Assembly (NCBI GenBank): GCA_020891255.1 | Contig: BQFW01000012.1 | Span: 1,302,001-1,366,000, forward strand | Origin: Entomortierella parvispora E1425 | Taxonomy: Eukaryota > Fungi > Mortierellomycota | Length of the DNA stretch: 64,000 nt | Reading direction: 5' to 3' | Shown: piece by piece, positions 48,473 through 60,227 of the stretch | How positions within the stretch are numbered: the first letter of the stretch is position 1 | How the letters are laid out: the number at the start of each line of letters is the position of its first letter | The notes under the pieces: generated by a model | What the model saw: only the letters and a program-made list of their open reading frames with translations | What the model was told of the DNA's origin: nothing | Database searches by the model: none | Made by a program: the position numbers and the translations under genes

Positions 48473-49115
48473 AAAAAAAATCTCGTTGTACATAAAATGT
48501 TATCTTTTCGCCTAGACACCCAATTAAGAGATAGTTACATAGTCCATGGCTTTTCTACAGACTTCAAAAAAAGAATCGATTCCTTTCACTTGTATCTGGG
48601 GCTCAAGTACGGGTGGTTGAGGCAGCTGACAGTAATGGTTGCCAAGATCAGCAGGCTCCTCTTTCGTGATTTGGTAATTGCAGACAAAAGGGAAAATGAG
48701 AAAGGGAAAGGAAGGAGCCGCCGTCCCATCTGCCCGACAGGGGCCAGAAGGCCAATGGCTGTGGCACAGCAGGATTGGAGACGCCACCAAAATCAAATCG
48801 TCTCTGCCCTCATGGAAGATTACTTTACCATGCGTTTGCATTGCATCCACCTGTCATCCCATGGCCCTTTTGCTAAATCTCCATTTCTTCCATGTCCATT
48901 CACCCCTCTCACTGATGACAATGGACTATTATCACGAGCTGTACAGGTCACGCCTGCTGACAAACTAGATCAAACACCCCCTTGTAGGGTCTTCCGTCGT
49001 GCTGATATTCGTATCCTTTGATCCTGCGTCTTCTCCTATTGCTTTTGGCCATATATCCCCACATTTCAACTCAAGAAAGCATCTAAAAGGTCAAAGTGCC
49101 TCCAATGGCCGTATT

Positions 49116-50410
49116 TTATGGGTTGTTGACAAAGTTGAAAGAATAGCCTCCAGAAGTGGGGTCTTGTTTCATCTGAAAGTTGTTGGTCGACAGTCCAAAC
49201 TTGCCCAAGATTGTATTTCCCATGGACTTGAGTTTGGCTAGAAGATCATATCATCATTGAGCATTAATAAAAAACAAAAAACAAAATCTCAATGCAAAAT
49301 GAAATGAAAGAAGGCATACATAGTCAAAGAACTTACCCATCATCTCTTCCTTTTCCTTTTCCAACAGCTGTTTCAAAATCGGTTCCATCCTCTTTAACGC
49401 TTGTTCACTTGTTTGAATCATGGCCCGGTGTTTCTTTTTCGAAGCTTCATCCAGGTCCAGTCTTTGGGGTCTGTAAATCTCTTTTGTATCTTTTGCCTTC
49501 CGTTTGTCCTGCGCAGGGGACCGTCGTTGGTTGACAAATGTCCGTGAAGAGGACGCTGACGAGGGATCGGCTTCAGAGTCTTTGCCTGTTCCTTCCACCT
49601 TTGTCTTTTCGTCGCTGTCCTGTTTCCCCTTCTCATCGCCTTCTTCTTCCTCCTCCTTCTCGGGCTCGGGTGGTTGGATTAGTCCCAGTTCGATCTTCAA
49701 GGTCTCAATCACCTTCAAGTGATCCTCCTTGGCCAGAGTCATGGACGCGAACGTGCCCTGAAGCTCCTCGGCCTGAGCCTTTCTCTGAAGTGCTTTTGTG
49801 TATGACGGATCCAGTTCAAGAGAGGTACTGCAGGCTTCTACAGCGAGGTCATACTCCATGAGTTTGATGTGACAGGCTGCCATGTTGGAGTGATAAACTG
49901 CCCGCTCGGATTTGTATTTTTGTACGTGTTGAGGCGTAGGCAGGTTCTCTGTTGATAGTGATGACTCTGATGATGGTTCTGATGATGATGATGCTGAAGG
50001 CTGTGCTTCTGACTGAGAATGCGATCTTTCCGTCTCTTCCTTTTCGTCGCCGTCTTCAATTTTTGATCCAGCTCCTGTCGCATCAGATCGAGGGACTGGA
50101 CAAGTGGTGAGGGCCAGCTGATAGTATTCCAAGGCTTCCTTGTATTTCCCAGAACCAAAAGCCTGATTTCCAGTGACTTTGTACCGAGTCGCCTCTTGAA
50201 AGAGTTCCTATGAATGGGCATGAAATATATGAGTTTTTAATGGGGCCTAAAAATGCAGAAGAAGAAAGAGTATAGGAAGGATCATGGTACCTCGTCCTCG
50301 GAGAGCTCTAGACCCTCGAGCTGCGAGGTGATATCAGAAGGATTGGCGGCCTCGCTTGTCTGGGGTGGTTGAACAACCTCCTCCTCAATGATTTCTTCAA
50401 TAACGGCCAT
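49116..50410 (-). CDS. TPR co-chaperone, TTC1-like, 3 exons
   Basis: TPRs (YKVTGNQAFGSGKYKEALEYYQLAL; YHSNMAACHIKL; YTKALQRKAQAEE) and the TTC1-type tail EMM|AKLKSMGNTILGKFGLSTNNFQMKQDPTSGGYSFNF. Confidence 0.9.
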
Positions 50411-51814
50411 TGTCTGGAGTGAAATGCGGAGTTGTCCTCGAGTTGATGATGAATTAGGGGTGCTGTTGCACAAATGGACGAGGTAGTTTCTATCCTGGCT
50501 GTCCTGTCTGTCTATCTTTCTGTCTGACTATCTGTCTGCCTGTCTCTGTCCGTCTATGGTGTGGTTGTAAAAGAGTCGAAAGAAAAGATGGGGTGTACCG
50601 TTTGAATGTAAGTGTGCCATTATTTGTGAAGCCAGGCACAAGGCACGTGACGATCTCGAGATCGCCGACGCGTCTTTTTTTTTTTTTTTTGTTTTTTGTT
50701 CTTTCTTCCTTTTCTGTTGTTGCTTCCTCATCTCTTCATCTCCCTCACTAGACCTCGCTAGACTGTTAATCATCAAGAACGCGTCCTCCACTTTATTGTT
50801 AATTGAGATTTGGAATAAATCCTTGTTCTTTACACAGTGGTTGTAGCAGACTTGAAAGACGCCTGGGTTAACTCCGTTGAACCTAGCAAGGACAAAAAAC
50901 AATTGCACATGGGCGGTGCAAGACCCCCGGGATGGTTTCGTATATAACATTCCCAACAAACAACAACAGTTGAGTGTTGAGGGCATGGCTGGTTTTTGTT
51001 GAGAAGGATGAAGCGAGCCATTGTCCCTACTTTCAAAATGTTGCAATGTTGCACAAAGAACTGAGCCAACAAAAGAAGAAAAAAAAAACTCCAGGAGTGC
51101 AAGCTAGATGAGGGCGGGGTAGCAAGCGCACGTTCTCGCGCACGTTTTTCTGTCCTTTGAAATGAAGGTAAGCGACAGGTCTTGAGCGGCATTCTCAGTG
51201 GATTCAAAGGCGATACAAGGGTTGTGCAATCAACAGAAATTAGAGCTGTGACACCGACTGCTGCTTACACCGACTGCTGCTTTTGTTTTTTTTTCTGTGT
51301 TTTTTTGTTTTTGTTTTCCACAACAGTCTCCAATCTACTCTTGTTTCTGCCATTTTTTTCGGGGCAAAGAGGAAGAGCATAGAGGAGGGGTTCCTCGGCA
51401 TTTATTCCTCGGAATAGTTTGATCCGCCGCTAAAATCAGCAAGTTGCTTCTTTCGGCATTTCTTCCCCTTCCCCCTCCCCCCTACACTTTGAACGATTGA
51501 ACGACATCCTTCCATCATGACAGAGTACTAGCCTCATCATCCACAACAATACCCCGTACCGTACGATGTTCATCCTCTGCCGATAAACCAACCCAGTCAT
51601 AAACGGAGCCCTCATGCAAATCCCCCCCTCCTCCTCATCACCATCATTTCTACTACTTCAAACCATGGCTTTTGCGTTTTTGTTGTTTGTGAACATCTTT
51701 AATATTACAAGGTCACTTTACATCATGAACTATTTAATATAATTTACATTTAAAAAGGAAAAACGAGTCGCTGAACTAAGAAAAAAAAATAAATAATGAA
51801 AAAGAATCTCCATC

Positions 51815-54800
51815 TTACTGACGCTGTTGATGGTATTGTTGTTTTGCGTACAGGCTTGTAAAGTTCCGGAGACACTGCTCCAGTTCCTCCTTCATCAAGG
51901 GCTTGCTGATGTAATCATTCATACCCGCCGCCAAACACTTTTCACGGTCGCCCGGCATCACACACGCCGTCATGGCAATGATGTACGGTCGATCGGTCGT
52001 CGTGCCCGAAAGGTTCTTGCGGATATAGGTCGAAGCATCCAACCCGTTCATCTTGGGCATCCAAATGTCCATAAAGATGAGGTCAAAGGGTACAATCCGG
52101 TGTTCGTGATGGGGGCGTGGGTCGTTTCCAAAGGAAGTCGTCTGTGTAGGTGCCGTAGGAGGGGTCGTGGGAGGGGTCGTAGGCGTCATGGTAGACGGCG
52201 TTGTTGCGGAAGGAGTGGCGCCTTCGAGACTTGCCAGGGATGCGCCCAGTCCCGAATCGGTCATATCCTGGCCCCGGCCTCGGTTATCGGACGGGTATCC
52301 TGAAGAGAGGGCCGTTGCCGTGTTCAAAGTGCCCTGCTGCAACTGCAGGGCCGCAATCTTCTTCTCGATCAATTGCACTGCTTCCTGGCCATTGTTGGCC
52401 GTCTCGGGTTCTACCCCGAGTCGAGCCAGCATCTTGGAAGCCACCAACAAATTCACAGGGTTGTCGTCCACAATCAGGACCTTCATCTTGGCCATCCGCC
52501 GAGCTGTGGAACTCGACGCGGCCGCGACGGCAGCCAACGATGGAGACTCGTACCCCTTCTTGGCCGCATTGGACGCTCCCACACCCCCGGCAAGGAGATC
52601 AGAGCCGGAAGCTGCCGAAGAGGCAGCTCCCTTCTTGCGTCGTGCAGCAGCAGCTGCGGCCATCGCTCCTCCTCCTCCTCGACTGTGTTGGGGAATAGAG
52701 TACCTTCGAGCGGTGGAAGAGTCTACAATATCATCAAAAGGAGATCTCGGTGACTTGGGCTCGACCAACTGCTCTTCTTGTTGCAGCGGCAGCTGTTTTC
52801 CCATTTCGACACCAGGCGCTGATGTGGTCCGAGAGCGACCATTCCTGTTGGGCTCTACCCCAGTCTCTGCAGAAAAAGGCGCCTCCGCAGCTCTCGAAAC
52901 AGAGTCTTCCCCCTGGTTAGAGAGGCTCTTTACTGTGGGGCGATTCACAACATCGGGTGCAAACGTCAGACTGTTGCCCATAGCCTTGGAGGACGCTGAC
53001 GCTTTCACGCGCGCAGGCGGAAGGAGGGTCATTGTAACGTCCTTGAGTGACCTTTGGAACTGCAATGCCGGTCCTGCGACTGACAGGTCCTGCTGGCGGT
53101 CAACCAGTTCTCCTTCGTCTTCCTCGGGCGTTTGCGCCAGGGGAGGTAAGGGCATATAGATCGGATACTGAGCCAAAGTCTGCAGGACCTTTGAGTGTCG
53201 AATCGGCTTTGTGAAATACACTAGCTGAAGGAAGACGTCTCCAGCCTGAGAAACGCGTGGAGTATTGTTGGTCGACGACGCCGACGTTGCACCGACATCG
53301 CCCAAAACGCCACCATTCAAGCTAGGGCGACGAACAGACGCGGTCGTGGAATCTGTATCGCTGCTGCTGAAATAGCTGTTCCGCTTGACAGAGATTGCTG
53401 GCGAGGATGCTCCAGTGGAAAGATGATCGACACTGCTGATACTCTGCTCATAAAACGTAGTGGGCTGTGTGTAGGGCGTCAACAGGTATCCAGAGCCAGT
53501 GACACTCGAGCGACCACTGATACCGACACCATGTCCAGCCTGGCCTGTTCCCAATGGCATCAAATTTCCTGTCGGTGTTCGGTCCAAGGCAAGCGAGGAC
53601 GTCGAAGAGTCGGCATGATGCTGATACATGCTTCCGTAGGTAGGGATCTTGCTTAAGGTACGATCGATGGTAGGTCCGGTTGTAGAATCAGACATGCTTA
53701 CAGGGTTGCTTTGCAGAGGGGGGGATCGGGCTGACAGGGGTGCAATCATTGACATCTCATCACCCGTGTCGCTGCTGGAGATTCTCTCGCCGCTCCATCG
53801 TGAGCCCTCTGGACGAGCATGGCCGTGGAAGGAGGTGGAGGCGGTAGCGGCGCTACAAACATCTCTATAGTTCTTGAATAGAACCACAGGGATAACAGGC
53901 ACCAGCTGCGTTTCCTCCTTGGGAGCTGCAGAAGCCTGAACTGATGCAGCAGCATTGCGAATCACATCCAAAAGACCCTCGGGCGTGCACGCGACGGAGC
54001 CATTCAAATCTGTCTCGACGATCAACGCGTCCATCTTTTCCTGGATACTTTGAATCGTACCATCGGCCCCAGGTTCTTGCAAATAAGGAACGACTTGATC
54101 ACTCTGCAAGATCTTGACCTCGGTCATGTTCCAAGAGTCTGCTCTCATCTTCCATGCTTCCCGACCCATCTTGCAGTCGTCCACAATGACGATATGTTTC
54201 TTGCTCAACTTGGGGAGCTCAAACTGCTCCCCATAGGTGCGACAACCCACTGGGCTGTCAAGGACCAAGTTGACATAGAACGTGGATCCTACATCGGGTG
54301 TACTGTCCAACCAGATGGTTCCACCCATCATCTCGCTCAACCGCTTGCTGATGGCCAATCCCAACCCTGTACCGCCGTACTCGCGAGTCGTGCTCTCATC
54401 TACCTGAGAAAAGCTCGAGAACAACTTGTCGAATCGATCCTCGGGAATACCAACACCTGTATCCTTGACTGAGAAAACTAGCCGCACGGGCCTGGTTGGC
54501 AACACGGCTGCACATACAGAATTGACCCTTGCGAGTCTTTCGGATTTTGGCAAGTTCAAAACGTCCTTTTCGGTCATGACAGCGTCCACCGACTCTTTGA
54601 GAGACTGCGAACCAAAAGCAGGAGGTAACTGAGCCTTAGACTCGGAGCCTACATTCTTCTTGCTAGTAGACCCGACTGTGTCTGCTCCAGTGATCGTTGT
54701 TGGTGAAGAGGCAGATGATGGTGGCATCAGTCGAGTTGGGTCCACAGTTGAATCCAGTTCTGACTCACTCTCGAACCGAACCTCTTGATGAGGTTCGATC

Positions 54801-57800
54801 GACACCGAGACGATGATGGAGCCCTCCTTTGTAAACTTGACTGCGTTGCTCATCAGATTCAACAAGATCTGGCGAATCCTGGTCACGTCGCCCATGATCT
54901 CCACGGGACAGTTGCTGTCAATCTCATAGACAAGACTGAGATTCTTGGCCATGGCTTGAGCACTGATCAGGTTCACGGCCGATTCCATGACAAAGCTTAG
55001 ATCCAAGAGTCGATTCTCCAGTTTCAGATTGCCAGACTCGATTTTTGAAAAGTCCAAGATATCGTCGATGACTGTCAATAGCTGGTTGCCTGAAGACTCG
55101 ATCGTCTCTGCGCACTCGGCCAGTTCCGGATTTAGCTTGGAATCGAGCAAGATACGGGACATGCCAATGACAGCGTTCATAGGCGTTCGGATCTCATGAG
55201 ACATGTTGGCCAAGAAGTTTGACTTTGCAGTCGCTGCAGCCTCGGCTCCCTCTTTGGCCTTTTGGAGGTCGACCAAGAGTCTGTGGGTCCTTGCTCGCTC
55301 TTCTTCAAGCTCAACCGTTCGCATCTGAAGATTTCGGGTCCTGTCTCGGACAAGATCCTCCATGTCATTGCCGTACCTTTCGAGCATGGCAGCCATGCTG
55401 CTGATAAAGTCACTTGATTTGTGGGGGTTGATATCGTTGATGCGGGCCAGCATGGCTGTGAAGTGAGGTCGTGAAAGAGGATCCCGGGAGAGACAAAGCT
55501 GGATGAGATGGTTCATCTGTTCGATGTTCATTCGGTCCTCTGTGGAAAGTGTAGAGTCATCAGTGCTCATGAGTGTTGGTCGGAGATCCTGTTCCTGCAC
55601 CTGCTGAATAATGTTGGGCTGCTCTGGGTAGTCGTGGTATGGCGAACGACGGGTCAGAATCTCGTTAAAAATGATTCCAGCACTATTTTTTTTAAAAAAA
55701 AGCCCTTGGTTAATACCCATCGGCTGCTACAATAAAGCAACACTATTCAGACAAGAGATAAGAGAGGGGAGAAATCTCACTGTACCTGTAGAGATCGCCT
55801 CTCTGAGTTCCCACGGCCTCGTATCCTCCTGTCTTTCTTAAATGCAAACATTCGGGTGCGGTCCAAAGCAGGGGCATGGCTTCAGATCCGTCAAGACTCT
55901 GTTCAAACCCAGAGTAGTCCATTACATCCGACACGCTGCCATACGAGCCAGCGCCTTGGGAGGGTGAGCCAGAACTAAAGCGACTGCTGTTGCTGCTGCG
56001 ATGTTTTCCAGGTGACGAAGGGGAAGATGTACCGGCAAGAATCTCTTCTCCACCTACACTCATAGCCCACTCTGCATCGTCAGCACGAGTAATACCCGAA
56101 GAGCCGGTGGCTTCAAGATCGCCAGTACGGTTTTCATAATCCCACGCCTCCTTGCTCTTCCTGCGGGTATCGCGCCCAAAGCTAAAGATACCCTGAGACG
56201 AGGGCTGGTGCTCCACCTGAGAATGTTCCGGATCCGAGAACCAGGACAAGGGGCCAGTACGTTGAGAGCCATTCTGATCAATCTGTTGTTGGCTGGACGG
56301 TTGCAGGTTGTTGTTTTGCTGTGACTGGTAGAATTCATCCAGTCCATAGCCTGCAATCTTGAGCTCCCATCTGGACGAGATCAAGCAGTTCATACTCGTC
56401 AAGCGCCCATGAAACCCAATCTTGGACATGTGCAAAAACTCCATTCCTCTGCAAAGATCCTGCATGAACGAGAACTTGAAGAGCCAGGTGAATTTGTGAT
56501 CCATGTTTGCCAACACTGAAGAGAGAGTACCCTTGGGAAGATATTCTAAAAGACATAAAAAAAAAGAAGTTATCAGCGGTTGGTCCAGCCATACGCCACG
56601 CAAAAAGCTCGTACGATGATCCATACCTGTAACAACGCAGATGTTGGGCGCAGTTATACAAAGGCCCACAAACTCGACTAGCTTTGGATGACGAAGCTCT
56701 CGCATGTTGTAAATCTCCCTGCGAAGCTCAGATGTGACAGCCACCTTCTTGTATCCAATCTTTTTGATAAAGACAGGCATGCTGCGCCAAGTTCCAACTG
56801 CAGACGATCCACGCTTCATGACCAAGGAGAACTGACTTCCGCTCAGTGCCTGTTGAGCAGACTTTGTGTTGGCACTGAAAGAAAGAAAGAAAAGAAAGGA
56901 GTCACTCCCTTAGTACGATATTCATCCGTGCATTTCTTGCGATTGATCACCAATCTCATCTGCTGTGGATAATCATAATTGGGGACTTACGAAGATCCTG
57001 AGCGCGCGCCAACACTTGAGACTGGATTGCTTCCGGTAGGATTGCTCGTGTGTTTGGACGAATGAGGCGACTCGACATCGCGGTTCTCTGGTGTGGAAGG
57101 GTCTATAAACTCCTTTTCCGCAAAGGGCTGATCCACGTCATCGAGGGTGATGGCAGGAAGAACAAGACCTTGGAGGCCCTTTCCAGCACTCATGCGGGGG
57201 GTACCAAAAGTTCGATCAGGTTCTCCTCCGATACCGCTGTACAGGAGCTTGGCCAGGTCGAGCTGCCACGAATCATCGTTCAACATCTTTTCGGCCAAGG
57301 AACGCTTTCTCTTGAACCAACATCCAAACACCAACAGACAAGCTGCAGTTGCAACAGAGACAGGGATCAAGATGGCCATAAGCAAGGTAGAGGTGCTCAC
57401 TATTAAAAGTAATACAAGAAAATGTGTTAATAGCTGCCATCTCGTTTGGACAGTACTGCGGTGAAATGGTACGTGGTTGCTTACTCTTTGAGGACGAGCG
57501 ACAAGAGTCGTCATCACAAATGGTGCAGATAGTTTGGCCGTCCCCATCCGTGGTATCTCCAGGGCTACAGGCCGTGCATTGCGTGACATCCGTTTGGTTA
57601 CTGAAGGAGCCACGAGCACATCGTGTGCATACTGACATAACCTTGATATGTCCAGCAGCGTCCATGCAGAGCATAGAGTTGGAATTCGACGAGGACGGAG
57701 TATCAGTTAGAGTGCCTGAGGAAATAAGTGAAGAACCGGAAGACATGCCAAGCGTGGATGAATAGTACGAGCCAGCATCACAGGCGTGGTCGACGACCTG

Positions 57801-60227
57801 AGGACCAGTGGCAATAAGGTTGTTGAAGATGTTGGTCCTGTTCGGGAACATGAGACGGATCGACATGCTGATCACGGCATTGAATCCTTGCAGATATTGC
57901 TGAGTATCCAGTATTCCCGTCACTTGGAGATTGTGAGCAAGCGAATAAAGACCCTTGGGAGAAACGCCTAGTACAAATACTCCAGGTGATAGCGAGTCGA
58001 CCGATCGAGAAAAGGCTGGTACGGTCTTGAGAAGGCTTTTGTTGGTACTCTCAGATCCATCCGTATTAGGTGTGGATACCAAACTAGAGTACTGGATCTT
58101 CTTGAGCTGGGGATACAGAGAATCCACGATAGAGTATAACGGCAGAGATGTACACACGATCGAGTCAAAGGCCAACTTTGAGCTAGAGGTAAAAGCGGCC
58201 AGGATAGGATTCATCGTAGAGTTTCCGGACGAGGTGTCATCGCGGACATCTCTACTCCGGGACTGAGTGGACAGGAGCTCACTCGTATTATTGATGTTTG
58301 CCAGATCTGACGAATTGGCGGGGATAGTCAGCATCATGTCGGTCAGATTACCGACTTTGGTGGCGCCAAAAACCTGAGTTAGGAAAGAGTGGAGCTGAGA
58401 GCAGTGTACAGTTTGCCACCATGGTCCGTTTTCTTCCACAAGGCAGAGAGGCACGAAATATCCTGAAGTCAAAATCTGAGAGGCAATTGTGCTTCCGATT
58501 GTGTCATCGCTTGGTCCAAGAAAAACAGCGCGAGAAGGCAGAGAGGTCCAGTTAAAGACGGTACCGAGGCCCATCAAAGGAGTTGTTGGGGATAAAACAG
58601 TATTGCTGAGCAACTCTTCAAATTGAGCCTTGTCGGCCAGGGATACCACAACACTGTTGACTCCGGTGTACGGTCCATAGCCCGTCGTAGAGGTGCTGTT
58701 GGTGAGGGAGGGTGCTTGCAACTGTGTTTGAATCTGATTCAGTTCCGTCATTGAGGTAGCCGACACGGTATCCCATCCAAAGAGCCTTGCTGCTTCAACC
58801 AGTCCACCGAGGGAATCCTTCCATCGAGTGTTTTCAAGTGGGACGTTGCGATTGAGAACGACCGACGTCTTTTGTTGCTTTGCAAATTCAATGAGGCTTG
58901 TTTTCTGATCCAGTGCATACTCCTGGTCAATGTTGGTGTTATCCAAGAGAGATGGTCCTGTCCAAAGCGTGTTCTCGGACAGATGCTGCCTTGTTGACAC
59001 TTGCAGAAACAACTCAAAGACAGGCAACGAGCCTTGAAGGTATTGGGATTGTGAGATCGCAGCCACAACGGCGCCAGTTTTGATGCCCTGTACCACATCT
59101 GCATTCACGTCAAAGGTTCCGATCCACATGGTACCATTTCTGCCAATGACAGCTGGCACGCCCTGTCTGTGGAGAGACACATTCACCGCCATGTTGGTAG
59201 TTCCCGTGGAAAGGGCGACAATGGAGTCGATGCTGGTGTGGTTAGCCAAATAGCCCACAACAGTCTCGTAGTTTTCAGGGGAATCGATGTCGAGGGGCCC
59301 AATATACACCATCTTGCTGCTGACAAGTGTCTGTGTGATGTTCATTCCTCTGGCTTGAAAAGCTCTCATAATACCCGTGCAACGATCCATGTAGGTTTGG
59401 ATATTGGAAGATGCCAAGCAAACAAAGTCCTTTGCACCTAGATGTGTCAAGGAGTCCATTGGTTAGAGTGTGCTATCAGGTGGCCTTCTTTTGTCTGCCT
59501 CAATGGCAAGTATTGGCGCGTGTACCTTTGTCAAGAAGTGTGTTTCCAATCAGTTCACCGGAAGCAACTTCGTCCTGAAGAACAGAGAGGATACCCAGTT
59601 GTTTCGCGGTTTGGATGCCTGCATTCATGACCACAATAGGGAATCCCTGACGACTTCTTCGCGCCTCTATGATAGCACCTGCAATGTCAGAGGTCGGGAT
59701 GGTTACAATCATACCATCGTACTGTCCAGAGTTGACGGCGTTGCGGATCTGCGAGACCATGGTGTCCGAATTAAAAACGTCCCCCTCTGGTGAGATCCAG
59801 TCCACTAGGGTGCCCGTCATGTTGGCAGCATCTACAGCTCCTTGACGGACAACGTCCCAGAATGCAGTGGTGCCTAATCCATCATGAATTGCATTAGCCA
59901 GCTGTTTACCCATGGCCTGTATATAGAGTCATGAATGAAAAGGCAGATCATACCATGGTTAATGGCGACAAGACGAACTGGACCATCTGAAGGCACATAG
60001 GACTGGCGTCCGCTATAGCCGGTCATTGTAGTAGGGTCGCATTGATCGATTGCCGACAGGTTCATAGCCACTGTATTGCTCATGTCCTGCGTATTAAAGC
60101 GAAGACCATCGGACTGTACTGGGAATGATGCAGCGCCGCTCAGCAAAGACAGGGGAGTGAGCAATAGCAACGCAATGTAGATCCATGTCACAAAGAGTGA
60201 CCTTGGGCACGATCCTGAGGAACTCAT
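51815..60227 (-). CDS. Transmembrane hybrid histidine kinase: signal peptide, 2x periplasmic-binding-protein fold, Cys-rich stalk, TM, receptor-guanylyl-cyclase-type pseudokinase, signalling helix, HisKA, HATPase, split pseudo-receiver, receiver; about 2,600 aa, 7 exons
   Basis: Six GT-AG introns (about 59874-59953, 59439-59523, 57403-57490, 56877-56990, 56545-56626, 55684-55787) join the ORFs in frame. H-box [18 protein letters not shown]; N-box [14 protein letters not shown]; G1 VKDTGVGI; G2 [10 protein letters not shown]; receiver [10 protein letters not shown]...[13 protein letters not shown]...YISKP. Confidence 0.92.

Noticed and set aside
50528-51207. Two minus-strand ORFs with an acceptor-like site near 50885 between the TPR gene and the HK
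   Set aside because: No coherent start, donor or family motif could be assembled; probably UTR or promoter sequence.
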